In this document: positions 52,615-63,082 of the stretch, piece after piece | How positions within the stretch are numbered: position 1 is the first letter of the stretch | How the letters are laid out: each line of letters begins with the position of its first letter | DNA from: Treponemataceae bacterium | Lineage (GTDB): Bacteria > Bacillota > Clostridia > Lachnospirales > Lachnospiraceae | Length of the DNA: 64,000 bases | Reading direction: 5' to 3' | Assembly (NCBI GenBank): GCA_963599255.1 | Contig: CAVBWS010000002.1 | Coordinates: 6,578 to 70,577 of the forward strand | Notes under the pieces: model-generated | What the model was told of the DNA's origin: nothing | The model's input: the letters and a program-made list of their open reading frames with translations, nothing else | The model's database searches: none | Position numbers and translations under genes: made by a program

Positions 52615-52853
52615 CTCTTAGCCTGATAGCGCTTAACAGTCTCAAGTATTGACTCAACACTGTTGAAGTTCTCCGGTTCGATCTCAGATGCTTCTATACG
52701 AATGTTAAATTCTTCATCCAGCGCAGTGATGATAGATGTAATATCGAAAGAATCTATTAGACCATCGTCTACTAATGCTTTCTCGTGTTCGAAATCCACG
52801 TCTTCATTAATGTCGACTAAAATTTCAATCAGTTTTTTAATTTCTTCGTTCAT
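52611..52853 (-). CDS. Acyl/D-alanyl carrier protein
   Basis: 80 aa. DGLIDSFDITSII contains the phosphopantetheine-attachment Ser context. Confidence 0.85.
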   Translation of the reverse strand: MNEEIKKLIEILVDINEDVDFEHEKALVDDGLIDSFDITSIITALDEEFNIRIEASEIEPENFNSVESILETVKRYQAKR

Positions 52854-52982
52854 ATTTTCCTCTCTCTTAAGCGCAGGCCGCTATATTATTGCATAACCAA
52901 TGCCGCCTGCCCGTGGGATAGTATATCCATTCTCACCAAAAATTACAACATTTACTAATTTTAAAATTTATCAAAAATATAG

Positions 52983-53011
52983 TTGACATATTGTAACATT
53001 GAATGTACAAT
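52983..53011 (+). promoter_or_regulatory. Near-consensus sigma-A promoter with no downstream ORF
   Basis: TTGACA (52983..52988), a 17-nt spacer, then TACAAT (53006..53011). Confidence 0.45.
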
Positions 53012-53017
53012 ACATTC

Positions 53018-53241
53018 GAAGTTAGCCAATGCTAACCGCGCAGAGACGATTTAATGACATAGGGACTTGTCTCAAGAAGTCTCAGCCGATATGATTTTAG
53101 TTGCTATCAGCTAACTGATGTCGGTCAATTTGTTAAAAGCATTCCGGTTTTTTCCTTGCTCCGGAACCTCACAAATTGCAATCTGCACTTTTTCCTTTAT
53201 TATTGTTGTAACGATAAAACCCGCACATAGGTGCGGGTTTT
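53018..53241 (+). ncRNA. Candidate ~220-nt small RNA of unknown class
   Basis: It is bounded by the promoter above and a strong terminator. It contains several hairpins: GTTAGCcaatGCTAAC, CCGATAT...ATGTCGG enclosing AGTTGCTatcAGCTAACT, and TTCCGG..TCCGGAA. No RBS-preceded ORF is present. Confidence 0.3.
53216..53241. terminator. Bidirectional intrinsic terminator
   Basis: AAAACCCGCAC-atag-GTGCGGGTTTT. Confidence 0.65.
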
Positions 53242-53423
53242 ACGTTATGCAGCCAATATTCTTTTTCAATACAGCCGATTAAATAAATTTCAATTTCCCG
53301 GTTAAATGAGTCGCGCCTTCATCGGCATCAACTTGTTGTACCATTCCAACGCCATACCTTTATCAGTTTTTAGTGCTGTTTATAAAGCTCATGTGATCTG
53401 CAGCATTGCAGCTTCTGGATTTT

Positions 53424-53906
53424 TTATCCCACGGTGACATCAGCGTATTGAAATCTTATCACCTTGCTTATGTCCGCAGGATTAACCTCAACCTGATATC
53501 CCACCTTACCCGCGCTGAATATGATCGTGTCAAATCCCTCGGCACTCTTATCTATGGTGGTCGTAAAAAACTTCTTCATACCTATAGGCGAGCATCCGCC
53601 ATGTACATATCCCGTTAACGGCAGAAGTTCCTTCTGAGGGATCATCTCTATGTTCTTCTCTCCTACTGCTGCCGCAGCCTTCTTAAGATCCAGCTCACAG
53701 CCTACCGGAATCACAAAAACATAGTGATTCTTGGTTTTGCCCACCGTCACAAGTGTTTTAAATACCTGGTCAGGATTCTGCCCATTCATTTGTGCGACCT
53801 GCACTCCGGTAAGGGCAGCATCCAGCTCCTTATGAAAGGATTTATACTCCACCTTTTTCTGATCCAATACTCTCATTACATTTGTTTTATCGTCATTCTT
53901 AGCCAT
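53424..53906 (-). CDS. ybaK: Cys-tRNA(Pro)/Cys-tRNA(Cys) deacylase YbaK/EbsC
   Basis: 160 aa. VFKTLV, GYVHGGCSPIG and IIFSAGKVGYQVEV are YbaK-family blocks. Confidence 0.85.
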   Translation of the reverse strand: MAKNDDKTNVMRVLDQKKVEYKSFHKELDAALTGVQVAQMNGQNPDQVFKTLVTVGKTKNHYVFVIPVGCELDLKKAAAAVGEKNIEMIPQKELLPLTGYVHGGCSPIGMKKFFTTTIDKSAEGFDTIIFSAGKVGYQVEVNPADISKVIRFQYADVTVG

Positions 53907-54203
53907 TTAAATTTCCTCTGATATATTTTTATAGTACCTGTACGATGCGTAACTGTATAATGTGTGAATCATACAATGCACGTAAAATTTCCGTTTACAA
54001 GTTCTGCAAATGCGGCTGCTGATATAATGCAGCCCGCCGCCGAACAAAAAGTCCGTGCAATCATCTGACAGGTTTCAGAGACATTTTACTACATTAATTT
54101 TTTCATTACATTAAAAACATGTTTCATTACATCATTCAACATTTCAACTCAATTATGTGCTATATTGTCATCGTCGGATCATCGACAGAGAGGTGGTGAT
54201 AGA

Positions 54204-54365
54204 TTGATCATTACAATTAGAGTATCTGATCTGGATGGTGCTCTAATCAAGCGTTATGCAGCTTTCAATAAGGAAACCGTAAGTTCTATCCTTAAACGTC
54301 TCATAATGGAGCAGATTGAAAGTGACTATATTAAGCTGCTAGGTGATCGAAAGCCCGCTGATTAA
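54204..54365 (+). CDS. Small ribbon-helix-helix (RelB/ParD/DUF6290-like) antitoxin-like protein, no partner visible
   Basis: The TTG start lies a few nt after GAGGTGGTGA. (M)IITIRVSDLDGALIKRYAAFNKETVSSILKRLIMEQIESDY fits an RHH antitoxin pattern. Confidence 0.5.
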   Translation: MIITIRVSDLDGALIKRYAAFNKETVSSILKRLIMEQIESDYIKLLGDRKPAD

Positions 54366-54496
54366 CACTTGATCAGAAAAGCCACGCCTCGATCATGTCA
54401 TTGATGTGATAAAAAAGTCCCGGACAGCGGCTGCGCGGATGGGCAAGCTTGCTTGCACAGCCGTGCAGACATTGGACGGGCTAGACGACATTCCTC

Positions 54497-54727
54497 TCAA
54501 TCTTTCCTATCCTTGTTCCTCTGATCACAATAAGCGTAGTACGCACAAATCCCTATCCCCACCAGGACCCATATTATTGCACCTTCGCAGAAGTCGTGAA
54601 AGCCCCCGCCAACAATAATGCTTATCCCATAGACAACGAGAACCATCGCGACTATTATTGCAAATAATATTATCAGGTATTTATTTGCCTTCGCGTCCTT
54701 CAGATCATTTTTAGACTTTTCTTTCAT
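54497..54727 (-). CDS. Small two-TM membrane protein, unknown function
   Basis: 76 aa from the ATG at 54727 (GAAGGGA 7 nt upstream), with two hydrophobic helices. Confidence 0.45.
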   Translation of the reverse strand: MKEKSKNDLKDAKANKYLIILFAIIVAMVLVVYGISIIVGGGFHDFCEGAIIWVLVGIGICAYYAYCDQRNKDRKD

Positions 54728-55044
54728 TTCAAAATCCCTTCTCACTGCTCATTATTCGGCTTACCAGATACTATGTTATATACGTAACAAAAGTAAAAAG
54801 CACTAGCTGCCCATTGTAAAATCGAAGGCAAATGCCTTGACTTATAACTTGATGTTGATAATATAGCTTTGAAATTTAATTTTATTCATTTTATAAATTA
54901 GATTTACTCATTTTATTTATGGAATGAAGACATATTAGATCTGCATGAACGCCATGCCAGCGTACCCGGCGCAGGCATATTAAAGTTAATGTCTGCCAAA
55001 GCGCCAAAACTCAGTTGCCAAACATAAAGAGACGAGGAAATATT

Positions 55045-55935
55045 ATGATCTACACAGACGATAAATATGTATCCGAAACAATTTTCAAGAGACTACCCGA
55101 TGCCCATAAGGGAGATTTCGGTAAATTATTAATATTTGCAGGCTCCGAAGGCATGGCCGGCGCAGCCACCTTAGCAGGACGTTCTGCTCTTAAGAGCGGT
55201 GTGGGTCTCGTAAGATTTCTGCTGCCTGACTTCACCTCAAGTCTTCTTCCCATCTTACAGATAAATGTTCCCGAAGCAACATGTATATGCTGGCATGAGC
55301 ATCTGGATTTATCCGAATATTCTGCAATCGCTGCCGGAAGCGGGCTGGGTAAAAGTCATAAAGTTCTGAAAATACTTACATATATAATTGACAATTACAC
55401 GGGCATCCTGGTACTTGACGCCGATGCCCTTAATCTGATATCGGAAAATACTGTTCTCGCAGATAAAGTCCGCGGATCCGGGGCCACTATTATCATCACC
55501 CCTCATGTGGGCGAAGCCAAAAGGCTGCTTCATACCTGCGAGGGGATCGCAGGCATAGGCTCAAGGAAGAACGCGGTCTGTGCCTTATCAGAGCAGTATA
55601 ACTGCATCGCCGTATTAAAGGGCTCCGGCACCCTGGTAGCTCAGCAAAATCATAATTCCGTCAGCAATATATCCCACGCTCCCGCATTTGACATTTATCA
55701 AAATACTACAGGCAATCCGGGCATGGCAACGGGAGGCTCCGGCGACTGTCTCACCGGTATAATATCCTCTCTTGCAGCGCAAAGGTATACCCCCATCGAT
55801 GCTGCCCGGATCGGCGTTTTTATTCACGGCAAGGCGGGCGACCTGGCCAGCGACCAGCTAGGTGAGATGGGCATAACGGCGGGTGATATTGTTGCATATA
55901 CACCATATGCCTTGAAACTTTCATCAGATAAATGA
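55045..55935 (+). CDS. nnrD: ADP-dependent NAD(P)H-hydrate dehydratase (YjeF C-terminal domain type)
   Basis: HKGDFGKLLIFAGS, LDADAL, ITPHVGE, LKGS and GNPGMATGGSGDCL motifs. Confidence 0.85.
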   Translation: MIYTDDKYVSETIFKRLPDAHKGDFGKLLIFAGSEGMAGAATLAGRSALKSGVGLVRFLLPDFTSSLLPILQINVPEATCICWHEHLDLSEYSAIAAGSGLGKSHKVLKILTYIIDNYTGILVLDADALNLISENTVLADKVRGSGATIIITPHVGEAKRLLHTCEGIAGIGSRKNAVCALSEQYNCIAVLKGSGTLVAQQNHNSVSNISHAPAFDIYQNTTGNPGMATGGSGDCLTGIISSLAAQRYTPIDAARIGVFIHGKAGDLASDQLGEMGITAGDIVAYTPYALKLSSDK

Positions 55936-56012
55936 ACAAATGGCAGCTGACATTCTGCTGCTAAGCGTTACTATATGGCGCACACCTAGACAAATCAAAG
56001 AGAGGTTTCATC

Positions 56013-56891
56013 ATGACAATATTATCATATCAGGTTTTTAAGGCTGTCGTAGAGCAAGGCAGTTTCATCAAGGCAGCAAATGTCCTGGACATTACGCCTT
56101 CTGCCGTAAGCCACGCCATCGCCTCCATGGAGGATGAGCTGGGAACATCACTTTTTATCCGCAGCAGATCCGGCAACAGCCTCACTAATTTCGGCAAGGA
56201 ACTGCTTCCTTATGTAAACGCGGTATTAAACAGTGAATCCGCCCTGCGCCAGGCGGTATCTCAATTGGGAGGTCTCAAGCACGGCCATGTTAAACTGGGA
56301 ACCTTTTCTTCCGTCTGCACCAACTGGATTCCCGATATCCTGCACTCATTTTCAAGAGAAAATCCCAATGTGATCATCGATGTCTACCAGGGTTCCTATG
56401 GCGATATCCGCAGCTGGCTGCGTTCCGGCATTATCGATTTCAGTTTTATCTCTCAGAGCTCAGCGGAGGATCTTACATTTGAGCCGCTGTATAATGATCC
56501 CCTTGTGTGTGTCACCCCCAGGTCTTTCACGAAACGCGACTCCTCCAAATATATAGACATCGATGAGATCCGCGATATGCCATTTATCATGCTGCAGGAA
56601 TCCGTAGATACCGACATTAAAAATTTTCTGAAGGATCACAATATCGTATATCGGTCAAATGGCCATATCGAAGACGACCTGTCCGCCCTTGTTATGGTGG
56701 AAAACGGATTCGGATTTGCCATTATGCCGGAGATGGTGCTTAAAGGCATCACCTGCAATGTAAATATTTATCCATTTGAGCATCCGGGATACCGCGTCGT
56801 GGGGCTTGCCACCATAGAACGCTCAGTTATGTCTCCGGCTGCACAAGTTTTGTACAATCATATCGTAAAAACATATAAAACAATGCCGTAA
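56013..56891 (+). CDS. LysR-family transcriptional regulator
   Basis: The N-terminal HTH is FKAVVEQGSFIKAANVLDITPSAVSHAIASMEDELG. Confidence 0.9.
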   Translation: MTILSYQVFKAVVEQGSFIKAANVLDITPSAVSHAIASMEDELGTSLFIRSRSGNSLTNFGKELLPYVNAVLNSESALRQAVSQLGGLKHGHVKLGTFSSVCTNWIPDILHSFSRENPNVIIDVYQGSYGDIRSWLRSGIIDFSFISQSSAEDLTFEPLYNDPLVCVTPRSFTKRDSSKYIDIDEIRDMPFIMLQESVDTDIKNFLKDHNIVYRSNGHIEDDLSALVMVENGFGFAIMPEMVLKGITCNVNIYPFEHPGYRVVGLATIERSVMSPAAQVLYNHIVKTYKTMP

Positions 56892-57028
56892 TTTTGCGCA
56901 AATATGCAGAGTTAACTTCCGTTGTAATTTTATACAAATATGATAGAATGGACTTAAGTTTATACTATTTGCTAAAATAAGCAGGGCATTTTAATGTCAA
57001 ATTGCACAAAAAACAGAGGACTTTATTG

Positions 57029-59458
57029 ATGATTGACACAAGCAGATTTACAGAAATTTATACTCAGGTGCTTAAATCTCTCTACGGCAAGCCTGTAGAA
57101 GAGTGTTCAACCCTCGAACAGTACGCTGCACTCGTTAATACCATTACCAGAACTGCTGCCTACAAAAGGGCAACAACTGAAGAAAGTATTATCAAAGACA
57201 AACAAAAAAAGGTATTTTATTTCTCCATGGAGTTTCTTATCGGCAAGCTCCTTGAGAATTATCTGTATACAGTAGGAATATATGATGAAGCTAAGGCAGG
57301 TCTTGCCATTCTGGGCATAGAACTGCAGGATCTTCTGGATATGGAACCTGAACCGGGTCTCGGAAATGGCGGTCTCGGAAGACTTGCCGCATGTTTCCTG
57401 GACTCAATGGCTTCTCTTGATATCGCAGGTGAAGGCATAGGTCTCAGATACAAATTTGGTCTGTTCAGGCAGAAGATCATAGACGACAGACAGGTAGAGC
57501 TGCCGGATCCGTGGCTTGAGAATGGCTATCCGTGGGAAAATGCCAGACATGAAGGCGAGGTCGTCGTCCGTTACGGCGGATACGTAGACAGACGTTTTGA
57601 AAATGGCAGAATGATATATGAGCACAAGAACTATCAGGCAGTAAGTGCCCTTCCTTATGATGTTCCGATCATCGGGGAAGGGGGCGATCACATCAGTGTT
57701 CTGCACCTTTTTGCTGCCCGCCCGGTTCATGAAACCATTGATATGGATGCATTCAACCGGGGAGACTATGCTGCTTCCATGAGAGAATATTGCGATATTT
57801 CAGCCATGACAAGCATTCTCTACCCTGATGATTCCAACGGCATGGGTAAGAAGCTGCGTTTGAGACAGGAATATCTGCTGGTAGCTGCAGGCCTGGGCAA
57901 TATCGTTCGCGAATACGTGAGGCAGTATGGCCATGATGACTGGGCTGCATTTCCTGACAGAATCAGTATTCATATTAATGATACTCACCCGACACTATGC
58001 ATTCCGGAGCTCTTAAGGATTCTGATCGACGACGAACATCTGGAATGGGATGATGCATGGGAGATCACAAGGAATACCATCTCCTTCACTAACCACACGG
58101 TACTTCCGGAGGCTCTTGAGACCTGGCCTATCGATATGTTCCAGTCTCTGCTTCCTAGAGTGTATATGATGGTAGAAGAGATCGATCGACGTTTCCGTGA
58201 ATTTATGAGCAAACGCGGCACCGATACCTCAGTTCTTAAGAATACCTGCATCTTATGGGATGGCGTTGTCAGAATGGCTAACTTAAGCATCATTGGTTCC
58301 CATTCTACCAATGGCGTTGCAGAACTCCATACACAGATTCTCAAAAATGATGTATTTAAGGATTTCTACAATATCTTCCCGGAGCGCTTCAACAATAAGA
58401 CTAACGGCGTCAGTCATCGCCGCTTCCTTATGCAGGCCAATCCGGGGCTCAGCGACCTTCTTACTGATGTGCTGGGCAATGAATGGAAATACGATATTCG
58501 TAAGCTCGACCAGCTGGAAAATCATCAGGACGACGCCAAACTGCTTGCCGAGCTGCACCGGATAAAACGGGAAAATAAGATCCGTTTGTCCAATTTCCTG
58601 CTTAAGACTCAAGGCGTCGAACTTGACCCTGACTCTGTATTTGATGTTCAGGTTAAACGTATTCATGCTTATAAGCGTCAGCTTCTGTTTGCGCTTAAGA
58701 TCTTAGACATTTACAATCGTCTGATTGATGATCCGAAGCTGCCGATTCATTCTTATACATTTATATTTGCAGGCAAAGCAGCCCAAGGTTATGCATTTGC
58801 GAAGGACGTTATCTATCTTATCAATACTATTGCCAGACTGGTCAATACAGATAAGCGTGTAAATAAGAAGATCAAGGTTATATTTATTGAAAACTTCTGC
58901 ACATCCAATGCGCAGCTCATATACCCCGCAGCCGATATCTCTGAGCAGATCTCCACTGCAGGCAAGGAGGCCAGCGGAACAGGAAATATGAAATTCATGA
59001 TGAACGGTGCCATTACTCTGGGTACACTTGACGGCGCAAATGTGGAGATCAAGGAACACGTAGGCGATGATAATATTACTATATTCGGACTTACCGCCGA
59101 TGAAGCCATGAATTATTATACTAAGGGCGGCTACGATTCAAGACAGCTTATTTCATCTAATCCGCGCATAAGCAGGCTGGTAAATCAGCTTGTTGACGGC
59201 ACCCTGAAGGATGCTTACGGCAAACCGATAAGCTTCTGGTCTATCTACGATGCGCTCATGGATCGCGGAGATGAATATTTTGTAATAAAAGACTTCTTGT
59301 CTTATGTCGAGGCTTGGGAGAAGCTGGGCAATATATATAGTGACACTGAAAAATGGGGTCGGATGTCTCTTATGAATATTGCGAGATCCGCTTACTTCTC
59401 CAGCGACAGAACTATAAAAGAATATGCGGAGGATATCTGGCATACGTATCATAAATAA
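57029..59458 (+). CDS. glgP: Glycogen/maltodextrin phosphorylase
   Basis: [16 protein letters not shown] and [14 protein letters not shown] (PLP Lys) motifs. The ATG at 57029 is preferred over the TTG at 57002. Confidence 0.9.
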   Translation: MIDTSRFTEIYTQVLKSLYGKPVEECSTLEQYAALVNTITRTAAYKRATTEESIIKDKQKKVFYFSMEFLIGKLLENYLYTVGIYDEAKAGLAILGIELQDLLDMEPEPGLGNGGLGRLAACFLDSMASLDIAGEGIGLRYKFGLFRQKIIDDRQVELPDPWLENGYPWENARHEGEVVVRYGGYVDRRFENGRMIYEHKNYQAVSALPYDVPIIGEGGDHISVLHLFAARPVHETIDMDAFNRGDYAASMREYCDISAMTSILYPDDSNGMGKKLRLRQEYLLVAAGLGNIVREYVRQYGHDDWAAFPDRISIHINDTHPTLCIPELLRILIDDEHLEWDDAWEITRNTISFTNHTVLPEALETWPIDMFQSLLPRVYMMVEEIDRRFREFMSKRGTDTSVLKNTCILWDGVVRMANLSIIGSHSTNGVAELHTQILKNDVFKDFYNIFPERFNNKTNGVSHRRFLMQANPGLSDLLTDVLGNEWKYDIRKLDQLENHQDDAKLLAELHRIKRENKIRLSNFLLKTQGVELDPDSVFDVQVKRIHAYKRQLLFALKILDIYNRLIDDPKLPIHSYTFIFAGKAAQGYAFAKDVIYLINTIARLVNTDKRVNKKIKVIFIENFCTSNAQLIYPAADISEQISTAGKEASGTGNMKFMMNGAITLGTLDGANVEIKEHVGDDNITIFGLTADEAMNYYTKGGYDSRQLISSNPRISRLVNQLVDGTLKDAYGKPISFWSIYDALMDRGDEYFVIKDFLSYVEAWEKLGNIYSDTEKWGRMSLMNIARSAYFSSDRTIKEYAEDIWHTYHK

Positions 59459-59472
59459 TGGAGGGTATTTAT

Positions 59473-60606
59473 ATGAACGGCAAAGAATGTATTGCGATGC
59501 TGCTTGCAGGCGGTCAGGGAAGCCGTCTGGGGGTTTTAACAAAAAAGATTGCCAAGCCTGCTGTGTCATTCGGCGGCAAATACAGGATCATTGATTTTTG
59601 CTTATCCAACTGCGTCAACTCCGGTATCGACACTGTCGGAGTTTTGACTCAGTATAAGCCCCTTGCGCTCAACCGATATATCGGCACCGGCGAATCATGG
59701 GATCTGGATTCTGCCACCGGCGGCACATCTATGCTTCCGCCTTATGCAACAGAACACGGAGGCAACTGGTATGACGGCACGGCCGACGCCATCTACAGAA
59801 ATATCGACTTTATCGACTCTTATGATCCGGAATATGTCCTGATCTTATCAGGTGACCACCTGTATAAGATGGACTATAATGAGATGCTTGCAACCCACAA
59901 GAATTCAGAAGCGGCTCTTACTATTGCTGTATATGAAGTCTCATGGGAGGAGGCCAGCCGTTTCGGCATAATGAGTGTTGACGGAAATCATACTATCTGC
60001 AAATTCTCAGAAAAGCCTAAGAATCCTGACAGTAATCTGGCTTCTATGGGTATCTATATCTTCACCTGGGATGTACTGCGTGCAGCCCTCATCGAGGATC
60101 ATAAAGATAAAAAATCCGAACACGATTTCGGCAAAAATATCATTCCTATGTTGTTAGGTCAGGGCAAAAAACTGGTCCCTTATCGTTTTAACGGATATTG
60201 GAAGGATGTGGGAACCATTGACAGCTATTACGAAGCTAATATGGATCTGCTTGATAAGAACCTGGGACTTCGTCTCTTTGTCGAGGGAACTCCGGTATTT
60301 TCCAATTCCAATCTCTATACTCCGCAGTACATAGGCAAGAAGGGCTCCGTTACCAACTCTATTGTCAGCAACGGCTGCTATATCATCGGCAATGTAGAGC
60401 ATACAATCCTAAGTTCCGGCGTCAGCGTCGGCGAGAACAGTGAGATCAGGGATTCTGTCATCCTGCCTGACGTTAAGATCGGTGCGGACTGCAGAATAAC
60501 TAAGGCTATTATTAATGAAGGTGTCAGCATAAAGGCCGGCTCTGTTATAGAAGATCCGGAAGGCAAAATCCTGGTTATCGGTGCTGACAGCGAATATGCG
60601 GGGTGA
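59473..60606 (+). CDS. glgC: Glucose-1-phosphate adenylyltransferase
   Basis: [24 protein letters not shown] and [15 protein letters not shown] motifs, plus a C-terminal left-handed beta-helix. Confidence 0.9.
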   Translation: MNGKECIAMLLAGGQGSRLGVLTKKIAKPAVSFGGKYRIIDFCLSNCVNSGIDTVGVLTQYKPLALNRYIGTGESWDLDSATGGTSMLPPYATEHGGNWYDGTADAIYRNIDFIDSYDPEYVLILSGDHLYKMDYNEMLATHKNSEAALTIAVYEVSWEEASRFGIMSVDGNHTICKFSEKPKNPDSNLASMGIYIFTWDVLRAALIEDHKDKKSEHDFGKNIIPMLLGQGKKLVPYRFNGYWKDVGTIDSYYEANMDLLDKNLGLRLFVEGTPVFSNSNLYTPQYIGKKGSVTNSIVSNGCYIIGNVEHTILSSGVSVGENSEIRDSVILPDVKIGADCRITKAIINEGVSIKAGSVIEDPEGKILVIGADSEYAG

Positions 60607-60611
60607 GTGAA

Positions 60612-61622
60612 ATGAACAAAACAATCGGACTTATTACAGCAAATTATTATTCGGATGCATTAAGTGATGCAACCATCACACGTCCGTTGTCGGCTCTTCC
60701 ATTTGCCGGCAGATACAGACTTATTGATTTCCCGTTATCCAACATGGTTAACTCCAACATTTCCACTGTGGGACTCATTATGCCTTTCAACAATCGTTCG
60801 TTAATTGACCATGTGGGAACCGGTAAATCCTGGGGTTTCGGACGCAAAACCCATTCCCTGTTCATGCTGCCGGGCAGTTTATACGGAAGGCGGAGCAAAT
60901 CAAGCATTTTCCTGCTTCGCGATATTAAGGACAACTTCAGATTTTTCACTTATGATAACGCGGATTATATGCTTATAACCGCGTCAAACAGAGTATACAG
61001 CATGGATTATCGGCCTATGATCGAAGCCCATGCCAACTCCTCCAGCCCTGTTACCATGCTGTATAAAGGCAATGAATTCATGGACTGTATGGTTGCGGAC
61101 ATCTCATTTCTCCGGGACATGGTAGACTGGTTCTCTAATATTGATTTCATGGGAATACCTGAACTCCTGGAAAAATACATGCCGGAATGCCCTGTTCAGC
61201 GTTATGAATTCATAGGTTATGAACATATTATTTATACCCAGCATGACTACTACGAAGCCAGCATGGATCTTCTGAAAGAAACCACCAATCATATGATATT
61301 TAATTCCAACGGAACGATCTTCACTAATATCCAGGACAGATGTCCTACCTTCTTCGCACCGACAGCCAAGGTTAAGAATTCCATTATTGCAGCCGGCTGT
61401 ACCATCGAAGGCGATGTGGAAGACAGTATCATATTCAGAAGTTCTCATATTGCTGCGGGGGCTTCGGTAAAAAAGAGCGTCCTCATGCAGCATGCAGAAG
61501 TAGAAAGCGGCGCAGACCTTAAGTATTTCATCTGCGATAAACGTGTAACCATCACCAGCGGAAGCAAGATTCACGGAACTAAGGAGTCTCCATTTTTTGC
61601 CAAGAAAGGAACGATTATCTGA
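60612..61622 (+). CDS. glgD: Glucose-1-phosphate adenylyltransferase regulatory subunit GlgD
   Basis: It is a GlgC paralog lacking the GGxGxRL motif (LPFAGRYRLIDFPLSNM) and sits in the typical Firmicute position after glgC. Confidence 0.85.
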   Translation: MNKTIGLITANYYSDALSDATITRPLSALPFAGRYRLIDFPLSNMVNSNISTVGLIMPFNNRSLIDHVGTGKSWGFGRKTHSLFMLPGSLYGRRSKSSIFLLRDIKDNFRFFTYDNADYMLITASNRVYSMDYRPMIEAHANSSSPVTMLYKGNEFMDCMVADISFLRDMVDWFSNIDFMGIPELLEKYMPECPVQRYEFIGYEHIIYTQHDYYEASMDLLKETTNHMIFNSNGTIFTNIQDRCPTFFAPTAKVKNSIIAAGCTIEGDVEDSIIFRSSHIAAGASVKKSVLMQHAEVESGADLKYFICDKRVTITSGSKIHGTKESPFFAKKGTII

Positions 61623-63082
61623 TGCAGGTATTATTTACAGCTTATGAAGCAGATCCCTTTATGAAAACCGGCGGACTGGCAGATGTGGCCGGATCTATGC
61701 CGGCAGCCGTTAAGGCCCTGGGCGGTCCCGATCCTGTAGATATTCGTGTTATGCTGCCTAAGGCGTCTGTTATCCCGCAGAAATATGTGGAAAATATGCA
61801 GTATCTGGGATATTTCTATGTGGATCTGGCGTGGCGTCATGAATATTGCGGATTATTTTCTCTGGAACACAAGGGTGTAACCTTCTATTTTCTGGACAGC
61901 GAGAGATATTTTTACCGTGACCAGTTGTACGGAGGGGATGACGAAGCTGAGAGAATGGCATTTTTCTCCAAGGCATGCCTTGAAGCATGTCTTCATATAG
62001 ATGATTTTGAGCCGGATATTCTTCATTGCAATGACTGGCATACAGCACTTACTCCGGTATTTATGCGCGAATTCTATATGCAGACCAAATTCAGCAAAAC
62101 CAAGTCTGTATATACGATCCACAATCTTAAGTTTCAGGGCTTATTTGATCCGTTTATCATCGGTGATATCTGCGGTCTTAACAATACTAACGCTGATAAC
62201 CAGCTGCGCCAGAGAAGATTCAACAGCGTATGCGCCAACTTCATGCTAGGGGCCTGTCTGTATGCAGACAGGATCACCACCGTAAGCCCGACATATGCCC
62301 AGGAGATCTGCACGCCTTATTTCGGCGAGGGATTGGACTGGCTCTTTAATGCCCGCAGACCGATTCTGAGCGGTATATTAAACGGCATCGACTATGACAC
62401 ATGGAATCCGGAGACTGATCAATTCCTTGAAGATAATAATGACGGCGAATACCATTTCACCAATTATAATCTCGAAAACTGCAGAGAGAAGAAGGCTCAG
62501 AACAAGATGCGGCTTCAGTCCATGCTGGGTCTTAAGGTTGATCCGGATATCCCGATGTATGCCATCATCAGCCGTCTGACAGAACAAAAAGGTCTGGACC
62601 TGGTAACCTATAACCTGCCGCATATCGCCGAGTCCAACATGCAGCTGGTGGTACTGGGTACCGGCGAACATAAATTTGAAGAAGCCTTCAGTTGGTACGC
62701 CTCTATGTATCCTGACAGGATCTCTGCCCAGATTAAATTCGACAATGCGCTGTCACATAATATATATGCTGCAGCTGATGTCATTATGGTTCCGTCAAGA
62801 TTTGAACCATGCGGACTGACTCAGCTTATTGCCATGCGCTACGGCGTACTGCCTCTGGTTCGCGAAACCGGCGGACTTAAGGACACTGTTAATAACAGTA
62901 ACGGTTTCTCATTCATGACATTTAATGCAGATGATATGAAATACGCATTAGACTGCTCGCTGGATGTCTGGTTCAACAAACCTGACGAGTGGCGAACTAA
63001 ACAGATCTGTGCCATGACTGCCGATTATTCATGGACTGCGTCAGCTAAAATCTACAAGGAACTCTACGAACATATGCTATGA
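61622..63082 (+). CDS. glgA: Glycogen synthase (ADP-glucose type)
   Basis: EADPFMKTGGLADVAGS (KTGGL motif), HCNDWHTAL and PSRFEPCGLTQL. Confidence 0.9.
   Translation: MQVLFTAYEADPFMKTGGLADVAGSMPAAVKALGGPDPVDIRVMLPKASVIPQKYVENMQYLGYFYVDLAWRHEYCGLFSLEHKGVTFYFLDSERYFYRDQLYGGDDEAERMAFFSKACLEACLHIDDFEPDILHCNDWHTALTPVFMREFYMQTKFSKTKSVYTIHNLKFQGLFDPFIIGDICGLNNTNADNQLRQRRFNSVCANFMLGACLYADRITTVSPTYAQEICTPYFGEGLDWLFNARRPILSGILNGIDYDTWNPETDQFLEDNNDGEYHFTNYNLENCREKKAQNKMRLQSMLGLKVDPDIPMYAIISRLTEQKGLDLVTYNLPHIAESNMQLVVLGTGEHKFEEAFSWYASMYPDRISAQIKFDNALSHNIYAAADVIMVPSRFEPCGLTQLIAMRYGVLPLVRETGGLKDTVNNSNGFSFMTFNADDMKYALDCSLDVWFNKPDEWRTKQICAMTADYSWTASAKIYKELYEHML

Noticed and set aside
57002-63082. The glycogen operon glgP-glgC-glgD-glgA-GH13, considered as a finding.
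   Set aside because: It has the canonical Firmicute organisation and motifs, so it is annotated as features only.
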